Assembly: GCF_024521635.1 (NCBI RefSeq) | Contig: NW_026250403.1 | Location: 682,001-746,000 of the forward strand | DNA: 64,000 bases | From: Tricharina praecox | Lineage: Eukaryota | Reading direction: 5' to 3' | Shown: piece by piece, positions 38,001-47,243 of the stretch | How the letters are laid out: every line of letters starts with the position of its first letter | Numbering within the stretch: position 1 is the first letter of the stretch | Position numbers and translations under genes: made by a program | The notes under the pieces: model-generated | Seen by the model: only the letters and a program-made list of their open reading frames with translations | Told to the model about the DNA's origin: nothing | Database searches by the model: none

Positions 38001-39000
38001 GATAAACCTATACATATAAAATGGTTCTTCCACCACGGCCAGCAGCAGCGATAAAGTCCACTGTCCTATGCATTCGCCACGATGACTTTCCAAGCTGAGC
38101 CCGACGAGTCACGACCTTCGGCAGGCACGGCAATAGGTACCTGGTCCGTTTGCCCGATTGAGCCCCTACGTAGCCGACAGTCCTGTCACGGGTGAATCCC
38201 GATGGGTCGTTTATATACTATACCATAGTCTTCGGGCAAGTAAGCAGTAGATAGGGTTAATAGCATAGGACTGCGAGCGGGAGGGGCGGGTGTGGTCCCA
38301 GTTGCCAACGATCGGGTGATCTGCAGGATAGTGGAGAGGATCACAAGTACCCGAATGGGAAAGGACGGCTGTCCGGCACACAATGGAAGGGATCGAGAAT
38401 GGCCGAGATGTTGGGAAGGTGAATACCACTCCGGTCGGCCGCGCTTCCGGCGGCTAGCTGTTGCTCAATGGCGGTTACACTGCGTCCGAGTACACAACCT
38501 CGAAGCCCCTCCCGCTCCCCCCAATGCACGATTCCGCTGAGGCGTTGTGGCCCTCCCCCCACACTATGACCTCGCCCACGAGCTACGAGCGTCTCGCGGA
38601 AAGCGAGGGCACAGCCCTGCGTACCGGCACTCCGGTCCGGTACCTGGCATAGGGACACAACGTGGGTACGTAGGCGCTAAAAGGCCCTCGGCTCCCTCAG
38701 TGATGCTTGTCGTGTGTATCTATGCGCAGCGAGTCTGGACCCAATTTTGCAAGCGAGATCTTTCGAGCCCTTGCACCCTGGCCCGCGAGCTCATTGCTCA
38801 TTGGTGAAGGGGAGCGAGGAAATCGGTAGCGCTCACTACCGCTAACTCGATACATCTGGGTGCATGCCGACGGTCGGGGTGATCCACCTCCTGCCTGCGA
38901 AGGGGAGCCACTGCTGTGGGTGGCTATCGTCGTCGTGGACTCGTGGCGAATATTGTGGGCATGGGAAAGGGGCTGGTGTATGGTGCTATGATAGTGGAGG

Positions 39001-39009
39001 TATATAAAT
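39001..39009 (+). promoter_or_regulatory. TATA box of the secreted Thr-rich protein gene
   Basis: TATATAAAT lies 98 nt upstream of the ATG at 39099. Confidence 0.7.
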
Positions 39010-39098
39010 CCGGCTCGTCCGGCGGGCGTGGATGGAAGTGAGTCTACTGCCTCACCACCCATACACTCGTTAAACCTGCCCGCATACACTCTTTCAAC

Positions 39099-39824
39099 AT
39101 GAAGTTCACCGTCCTCGCCCTCCTCGCCGCCGCCTGCGCCGTCTCCGCCGCGCCCGGGCCCGATTACAACAACCACGCACACTACCAGCCGGCCAAAGTC
39201 TCCACGACGACGGTGCGTCGCTCCTCCGCCTTTCCCGCAGGCTCTGCATAAAACTGACATCCGGGGCAGAAATGGAGCGTCAAGTATGTGCCGACGACGG
39301 TGTTCCGATACAACGGCTACCGCACCGTTACTGAGACGAGGGTAAAGACGAAGACGCAGTACCGCACCGTCCAGGGCTACAAGAACGACGTCACCACGAC
39401 CGTCTCAAAGTGCACTGTGACCCGCACGCTGGGCTACCAGGTGTGTCCCTCGCACTCGACCAGCACCGTCACCATCCCGACCACCGTCAACATCCCGACC
39501 ACCGTCGACATTCCAACGACAGTCACGATCCCGACCACCGTCAACATCCCGACCACCGTCGACATCCCAACGACAGTCACGATCCCGACGACGGTCACGC
39601 TCCCCGGCGAAGGCGAGGTCGTCACCGTCACGATCCCTGGCGCGCCCACCCCAGTCGACGACGAGGTCATCACCGTTACCGTCCCGACCACTGTCAACGG
39701 CGAGATCACTACCGTCACCGTCCCCACGACCGTCACCGAGAAAACTACTATAACGTTGTACATAACGACGTTGACGATTCCGGGCGCGGGAGAGGTCACT
39801 ACCGTCACCGCGTGCACAGTATAG
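39099..39824 (+). CDS. Secreted Thr/Val-rich repeat protein, 222 aa (exons 39099-39212, 39270-39824)
   Basis: Signal peptide MKFTVLALLAAACAVSA; intron GTGCGT...ACTGAC...CAG; VxIPTT hexapeptide repeats; upstream TATA box; strong codon bias. Confidence 0.88.
39468..39593 (+). repeat. Coding 18-bp repeat (VxIPTT x7) with a higher-order 54-bp duplication
   Basis: VTIPTT VNIPTT VDIPTT occurs twice, followed by VTIPTT. Confidence 0.9.
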
Positions 39825-40225
39825 ACGAGTTTGGTGGGGAAAGGGGGGGAGGCGGTGGGAAGATGCGGTGGAATTGTAGATTTAATGTAATCGAGCGGGG
39901 ACTTAATGGCTACTATGTATATCGAGCAATGTAACTAAGTACATACCCATACTGTAATCATCATTCCGATAAGTACGGTAGGTACATAGAGCATTGATTC
40001 ATTTTTACCCAGTCCTTAGTTGTCGACTGCGAGCCCATCTAGAGTACACACGTCGAGTGATTCAAGAACATCCCGCCATAGCCCATGCGCCGTACGGCGT
40101 ACGCCACCTTCAACTTTGCAGCAAAACTCGAAACTCGATCTGTACCGCGATTAACGTGATGACACTTGTAATCACTCGATCACTCGGTCACGGCTGGCCC
40201 GCTCACAGTCGAAATCCATACATAA

Positions 40226-40491
40226 AAGTCTTGGAATCCACACAAGTCTTGCAATCGAGTGAGGGGAGTAGGAGGAGGAGGAGGAGGAAGAGTAGGAGGA
40301 AGAGTAGGAGGGTGCTGAGGTTGACAATGAATGAGGAAACGGAGTGTGTATTGCCATGGTCTAATAGATAGGCCCTAAGCCATTCATGATTAAACAAAAG
40401 TTAATAAGCCTTAGAATCCTCAGTAGATTGAATAGGGTACAGTATGATACGATAAACTAAAAACCAAACCAAAAAAATAAGTCTTGGAATC
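40226..40491 (+). mobile_element. 5'-truncated non-LTR retrotransposon (LINE-like) 3' end with 13-bp target-site duplication
   Basis: AAGTCTTGGAATC occurs at 40226-40238 and 40479-40491. The insert has a degenerate Glu-rich coding tail and ends in an A-rich tail (AAACTAAAAACCAAACCAAAAAAAT). Confidence 0.65.
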
Positions 40492-40910
40492 ATTAATGGT
40501 GTAGGAAGTATCTAAGCTTTAAAAGGCCATTCAAGTCGGTAAGGGTATCATCCATCGAAGAAAGCCTCACGGGCAATGTTTTGAAGAATACCAATTGTAC
40601 ACAATTTCCAAATCCCAATCGGTTTACATAGCATCAAACCAATGAACCATCCATACAGCATGCAGTACCAATTATAACAATGAACAAACACCATAACGCA
40701 GAGAAAGAGACATACACGCACAGACAGAGTAGAGATTATAGGACGGAGGTAAAGGTATGACAATGACCAAGTCTCAAGTCCTTCCAATAAATGAACAGCA
40801 GTCTGCAAGACAGATGACGTAAATCACAAATACAGAGAAAACTGAGATAGAAAGAAATTGGAGTGAAAATAGAATACTCAAATAGAATTCCCTCTAATAT
40901 CATCCGGCCA

Positions 40911-42674
40911 TCATCTAGTGTTAGCCCGGGGCACTCCGCCGGCACCTGTTGTGCTGCGCGTCCTCTTTGCCGCCTTGGTCTCGCTATAGTTCATCACGGA
41001 CCGACTACGAAACCGCTGAGCACGCTTGTATTTACAGTAAAGGGAGATGAAGTCCTGCAACAACAATCGAATATCTCATCAGCACTGCTTTGCATTACGG
41101 ACTGTGGGCAGTGCGACTGTCAGGTAAAGGGAATACGGGGGGGCAAGCTCGGACAAGCAGGATAACTGCAACGTAATACCCGCGGTGATCACCCGCACCG
41201 ATTCTTACTCAATCGCAGCATTTGGCATGACGGGCTAACTTCCAATCGTCGGGATTGCATTTTGGATGGCACATACCTTTAAAACAACAACCATCAAACC
41301 TCCTGCAACATTTCGTGCCAGCTGTGTGGGCAGCCACTTCCTTACTTTGTCTCCTCCCCAACCTGCAGGTAACCGGCTGAGCGACTGCCCGATGATCTTG
41401 GCCACGGAAGGCCAGAGAAGAGCCCCAAGAATCATCGAAGTGACGTTGCTGCCCTGGAGAATGATGTTGTGATTCTCCAATCTGACCTCGCCGTCCCACT
41501 GCTGTTGAGCGTCGATTTCTACTTCGACGATAGGAGGCGCAGGATCCTGGGCTCGGCGGTTGCCGCGTCGTCGGCCGCCCTGACCATTGCCCTGCCGCTC
41601 CCGCTGCTGCCGTTGCTGTTCTTGCGCTTCGGCGTTTTCGAGCTGGAATTTCGGAGTGGTCTCCTTGATCCATCGAGCCTCATGGACGGCGATGTAGCGC
41701 TGCCACAAGGTGTTATACGCACTACGTATATACGGCAGTAGGGCAAGGGTTATCTGGGGCGACGGCGGGAGGGTGAAGTGCAAAGGATCGGTGTGGCAAA
41801 AGAAAATGACCGGAAGAACCGGGAGGACGGAATCGAAGACTCGAGTTCGTGACGCAATAAGAACGAATGGTATCAGCGGAAGGCCAACACCAAGGCCTGT
41901 ATACATCCACAATTAGCACGGCGGCATTGCGTAAGGGGCGCATGGTTGTGGACACTTACGCCACGTCCACTGAAATTCAGAATCTCGGCCAAGCAATATC
42001 TCATTGGCGTATTCCGGCCCGCATATCGTGTAGATCGTGTTGACGCCTAACTGAATCAGAAACGGCAACTGCTAATCAATCGGAAGCCAGCTCACCGTAA
42101 ACGGTACATCCAACGAACAGCACCGATCCAACTCCTGTCAAGGGATAAGCCAACGTGACCAGCCAACAGCCTCGGACTGCGGGGTAGATTGATTTATCGT
42201 ACCGCCAAACGCGACAAATGCCCCCGCCTTGCCCGCAATCCTCCCAGCCTGGTCCACCATGTCCAACACGACGCTCTGCTCCTCCTTCAGCCGTATTGGC
42301 GTCTTGCACTGCGGGCACGCCGGTTTCTGATTGCTCCCATTCTCGATTCCAGTCTTCTGCATGTCTGCGATCCAGTCCAACAGACATGCTTCGTGCGCCA
42401 CCAGTGTGCACTTGCATGGAGCCTTCCACTCGCCACGCGGCCTATCTTCCTCTCCTTCTGACGCGAAGCAGATCCAGCAGCGTATCTCCTCCTCCTCTGG
42501 CACTGGCGATGCTCGGGCGGTCGACGACGTGCGCGGTGTTAAAGGGATTAGCGTGCTGTCGGAGTCTGATGCGAGGGCGTCGGCGGAGCTTGTCTGCGTA
42601 GGCGACTGGGTGGCGCGACCATTGGGGTTGTGCTGTCGCGTTGCCGCAGCGGGGGTTTGCGAGGAATTCGACAT
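40911..42674 (-). CDS. RING-CH (RINGv) membrane E3 ubiquitin ligase, MARCH5-like, 4 introns
   Basis: C4HC3 motif CWICF...WKAPCKCTLVAHEACLLDW...CPQC, transmembrane segments, LGVGLPLIP, and C-terminus LKDFISLYCKYKRAQRFRSRSVMNY. Confidence 0.85.
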
Positions 42675-43091
42675 AGCTGCCGAGTGCGGTGGTTGTTTGC
42701 TGTGGGGTAGGTGGGATAAAGGTTTGCGGGTCGAGGTACCTCCGGCGGAGCTGAGCTGGGGGAGGAGATGGGGCACAGACAAAGCGGGTACTCTGTTTAG
42801 AGTGGGATACAAGAGAGGTCAAGGCAAGCCGAGGACCAACAAGATCCCAGCACTTTGGATGCCGTAATTGGTCTGGTTGCTTCACGTGCGGGCCGTCGCG
42901 CTGTGCGACCTGAGAACTCCCGGTACACTGCTAGTCACTGATGAGGGCACGTATGAGCGTTGCATGGTTGAGTGCCTGTGAACTTACACGATTATCTCTC
43001 CACCTCCTAACAGATATACTTCACAACACTGACCAACCCACACAACAAACTTACAACAGTTCTGTAGCACCGCACCGTCCATCAACTTACC

Positions 43092-43883
43092 ATGCCGCCG
43101 CCTCTCACCCTGGAGATCTCCTCCTCCATCATCTTCCCACGCTCCAACTCCCTCGGCGATGGCAGCATAGTAATCGACGTCTCCCCGCCATCTCCCGCGG
43201 GCGGCAGCCGTCCCATGCAGCAGCCGCTCCGCAAGGATGTGCTCAAAACCGGACCCGAGCACCCTATCTACCGCCTGCCACAATCCATCTCCTCAGGCGG
43301 CCTCAAAGTCCACTTGAACCAGTACACGCCTCCCAACCCGCGCGGGATCGAGAAGATTCAGCGGCGCTCCTTGATCTCGGCGATTGACGAGGAACACATC
43401 ATCTTTGAGATTGCGAAGGCGTCGCTGGGCGATGCTGGCGCGGAGTATGCCATTCACAACTTCTTGCGCGAGGATGGTGAGGGGTCGTATGGACGCGGCT
43501 CGGTGAAGTTTACACCAGGATGGTTCTCGGGAGGCGTCTGGACAGTGGCTTATGTATATAAGTCTGCGGGACAGGTGCAGGAGTCGCGAGTGGACCTGAG
43601 GGTCGATGAGGGCGGGAAGGAGGATGGTATATGGAAGATGACGTTTCCCATGGAAGGCGTGATTGCGAGGGAACGGCCGCAGGAGGAGGGCGCGTTCGCG
43701 GAGAATGGAAGGTCCATCGATATTGTTGACGGCTCGCCAGGATTGGAGGGCTGGAGTGATGCCGAATGGAGGGACTTTTTGGCGGCGTGCTGGATCACGA
43801 AAGTGTGGAATATTTGCACGAGGACTCAGTGGTTTAGTGCGAGTATACGGAAGGGTGAGGCGAATGGTCTTAGGACATGGTAG
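43092..43883 (+). CDS. Hypothetical protein, 263 aa, intronless
   Basis: Long ORF with a good start context (accATG) and protein-like composition. The C-terminal DFLAACWITKVW helix is seen in fungal uncharacterised proteins. Confidence 0.7.
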   Translation: MPPPLTLEISSSIIFPRSNSLGDGSIVIDVSPPSPAGGSRPMQQPLRKDVLKTGPEHPIYRLPQSISSGGLKVHLNQYTPPNPRGIEKIQRRSLISAIDEEHIIFEIAKASLGDAGAEYAIHNFLREDGEGSYGRGSVKFTPGWFSGGVWTVAYVYKSAGQVQESRVDLRVDEGGKEDGIWKMTFPMEGVIARERPQEEGAFAENGRSIDIVDGSPGLEGWSDAEWRDFLAACWITKVWNICTRTQWFSASIRKGEANGLRTW

Positions 43884-44085
43884 TCATATGAATTCATTGA
43901 TTTTGTTGTTGAAATCGTCAAGATCTCAGGATTGTGTGCACTTATAATTATGAATGAACGAATGTGTTGGCCTATTTCTTCTATCTATTCGCTCAAGCTT
44001 CACCTGAAGATGTCTAATAGCTTTGCAAGTGAATATTCGCTGAAAGGTTTCTGATACCTATTCCACCCACCAGCGTCAGGAGCTC

Positions 44086-44153
44086 AGAGAGAGAGAAAGT
44101 TAATTTATTGTCGCGACAGCCTGTCTAGACTATGGAGATCGTCTAGGCTGGCT
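44086..44153 (-). mobile_element. Short retroelement 3'-end fragment (hairpin + AATAAA + (TC)n tail), copy A
   Basis: Shares AATTTATTGTCGC and CTAGACTA next to a (GA)n tract with copy B at 49381-49461. No clear TSD. Confidence 0.5.
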
Positions 44154-44302
44154 CATCCGGGGTCCGGCTCTCATCGAAGTCCCGGACCTAGTGATATCCC
44201 ATGAAACCACTTACCCTCCCCTCCCCACCGCTTCCCAGTAACTACTGGTTTCAGTTCCTACCGGGAATTGCCGCTCTCTACCATCCCACCTCGCCGCTCA
44301 CC

Positions 44303-44831
44303 ATGCTCGCAACACGGCTCCTCCAGTCGGCCGCACGCACGTACAAAGCGCGGCATCCATGGCCGCCAGACTTCTCGCTGCTCAGCCAGAAGGAGCAGTT
44401 CCGCCTCGAACGTCGATACCGCCGGCGCGCAAAGCTGAAGTGGGCACGTCCACGCCTGATGAAGGCGGTTACGTTTACGCAGTGGGGGAGCGTTGCTTGT
44501 TTGTTCCCCTACCGCCGGAAAGGAACGGAATGGAGTATGAAACGGTGGAGCTGATTCTGCGGGAAATGAAACAGTTGTGCTGGGCTATGGTGTTTTCTGG
44601 GCCGATTGGGGTAACGATGGGCATATTTTCCTCCCGGTACGTTTTTTTTTCCTTGCGGAGGGGTGTGTGTGGATGGACTCTTGGGAACTGACGATGGGCA
44701 TGGCATGGCACGCGCAGATACGCAATTGGGTCGCAGAGAAGAAGGCCAGCTTCTGGTCCGTGCAGGTTCCCGCGGCGCCACAGTCGGCTGCGGGGGGAAG
44801 AGCTACCCCTGCTACGGACGAACGGAAGTGA
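44303..44831 (+). CDS. Conserved small fungal protein, probably mitochondrial single-pass membrane, 2 introns
   Basis: MLATRLLQSAART presequence-like start; WPPDFSLLSQKEQFRLERRYRRRAKLKWARP; one hydrophobic segment; introns with branch points. Confidence 0.8.
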
Positions 44832-45344
44832 CACTGTACTGGGAGCTGGAAGATGAGCTGATGAGGTGAGCTAGCTGGTTGGTTTTGCTGGTGGAACTGT
44901 ACGATAGGTGTATACGATGGGTGGAAGGAATGGGTGATTGGTGGGCATGAGGGTGGGGGTATTGTCGAGATCTCTCTTTGCAATATCGAAGTCTACAAAT
45001 CGTACGATAGCTCCTCTCGACACTTCTAAGGCTCGGGATTTAATCTCTACCCCCATACGTAGTATTAGGCATACAGCTCTGACTACATGGTTGGAAATTT
45101 AAGCAATCACTCGTTCGTAGGAAAGTTGGTCAACGGGGGGATCTTTTGCCTTGCGCACCAAAAGGATGACTGCGCTTTCCACGATATTCCATACACAATC
45201 TGTACACCTCCACCGAATGATCCTCAACCCCATTTCCATTTCCATTACCTTTCCGCCAGCCAGCCAGCCAAAGGAAAAGCACGAAAACCCAAGCATCTAT
45301 TTCAAATTAGAGTACAATGCATCCCACCGCTTTTTGTATTGTCT

Positions 45345-45892
45345 CTAGTGGTGAGCAACGTTGTCGTTACCGAAAACAACGTCCTCCTCGAACCAGTCCT
45401 CCTCCTTTGCGGCGACCTCGCCATCAACGGCGGAACCCTGACCCTCAACCTCAACTGTCTGAGACTCGTAGGCAGCGAGCTCCTCGGCGATGCTGGCATT
45501 GGCGGACTCGGGGAGACCGGGCGCGGCGGGGGCCGACCACTTCTTGACAGCCTCTGCGGCCTCCGCGGCGGACTCAGGCTTGGGCTTGTAGTTGCGCAAT
45601 TCGCGGAGGTAGATGTCCTGGATCGGGTCCGTGGTCATGGCTGCTATCGGGATTACGTCAGGCTTTCTGTATCTCTCTGTCTGATGGTGATGTGGGGCGC
45701 ACCGGAGCGGACGGCCGTAGGAGCGATGAAAGTGCGGGTCATCGTGGATTGCCGGAAGGCAGCACGGGTGAGTGCGGAGCGCTGGCGATTGTGGTGGGGC
45801 TCATGTTAGTCGAGGTTCCGTGCATTGGGTGGGGGGTTGGCGGAGGTGTTGAGAGAAATCCTTACCGACGATCTTAGAGACTGGGCCAACAT
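45345..45892 (-). CDS. ATP14: Mitochondrial ATP synthase subunit h, 2 introns
   Basis: MLAQSLRSS...RTFIAPTAVRS...DPIQDIYLRELRNYKP...ELAAYESQTVEVEGQ...EEDWFEED...AHH*. Confidence 0.93.
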
Positions 45893-47043
45893 TGTGATTG
45901 CGACTGAGGTTGAAGAGTGGAGAAATTCGAATCGGCGGAACGACGGTGGGTGGATGGGCAGATATAACTTGCTGGCGTTGAATTGATCGGGATGGGGGGA
46001 GGTTCGAATTGCCGGGGGTTTGGTCTCGGAAGAAAGGATTGGAGCACTCGCATAGCGATTATTACCCGGCGTGTAACCGGCAACGCAACAGCAACGACAC
46101 CTATCGGACGATGGTCATGCCACTAATCTAAGTAATAGAGTGGGTGTAGAAGCAGAGAACACGCGGGCTCAGTAATCGGGATTGAGGGGGAGCGGATCAC
46201 GATTGCCGATTGACGCTCGTTCCGTTTGATGGAAGCCGTGCGGCAGCCAAGCACGTGGGCCTGATCATAGGCTGTCACCCGCTTTGCTGTAGTTAGCCTC
46301 CTTGCAATGTTTGCCCAATGATCCGGCCACTCTGCTAGATATAAGCCACTTATAGGCACACGAAGTCACTCGATTCCACATACACTACTGCTCGAGTTGT
46401 ATACCTCGCTGTTCAGTACATGTTCGCGTTTCCGCATCTCCTGCAGCATTCCGAAAATTGTTCGATTGACCCAAGTATCGTGCAGGCTCCCGAGTTGGAT
46501 TGACTCACAGTCATCAATAGCTGTGTAGCGATCACTTGGCGAGGCTCTGGTTCTGGACGTTACCTTGGAGGATACAAACTTACACCACCATCACTCGCTC
46601 ACTCGATGGTTTGGTTATTAGAAATGGGTGCTCAGCGTATCTCTAAATCTTGAACACGGCTACCTCACTTGCCTCCCTCACCCTGCAATGTTTCTCGCAT
46701 TTTGTTTGCCTTAAAGTTCAAGCACTTATGTGAGTTGCCCTACTACATCTTCTACCATCACCACCTCTCCTCACCACCTCTCCTCACCACGACGACGACA
46801 ACGACCCTCTGCCTTGCTCTCTCAACGACCCCACTCCCCACGTCACCACCTAGCCAAAACAACCTTCAAGACCTCCCTTACTTCTAACTCTTTCAGCTCA
46901 TCGATAAACCACTTACGACGACACATTTGTTGATCGCACAACATCAACACTTTCCACCTCTTCCCTACTACAATGTAAGTTGCTCTTGCTCCCGCATTGA
47001 TTATATTGAACTGCACGATCGAAGCCCGAAGCCCGTTGCTGTT

Positions 47044-47106
47044 GTTGCTGCGCCTACTGCTCCTGTTGCTGCGCCTACTGCCCCTGTTGCTGCGCCTGCT
47101 GCGCCT
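47044..47106 (+). repeat. 21-bp tandem repeat x3 (GTTGCTGCGCCTACTGCTCCT) within a 5'-leader intron
   Basis: Read directly; it translates as VAAPTAP. Confidence 0.85.
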
Positions 47107-47243
47107 GTTGCACCTGCTGCATATGCGTCATCTACTGCTGTTGCTGTTGCTGCTCCCGCCGCCGCTGAATTAGAAGTGGTCTATAAAAGAGGACGACAGC
47201 GAACCCACTGACCAACGCTTTCATAGACCAAACATTCCACAAA

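Noticed and set aside
38251-38260. TAACCCTA on the minus strand as a telomerase RNA template
   Set aside because: Only an 8-nt match, with no recognisable pseudoknot or P6/6.1 element nearby.
13400-38900. Numerous 60-290 aa ORFs in the two deserts (e.g. 18254-19126, 22029-22709, 26035-26748, 34615-35277)
   Set aside because: They are translations of microsatellites and GC-rich DNA, with no motifs, codon bias or coherent exon structure.
41055-41277. [D1,2] stwintron as the main splicing route of the RING-CH gene
   Set aside because: Two-step excision removes one extra base and breaks the conserved C-terminal frame. Kept only as an alternative isoform.
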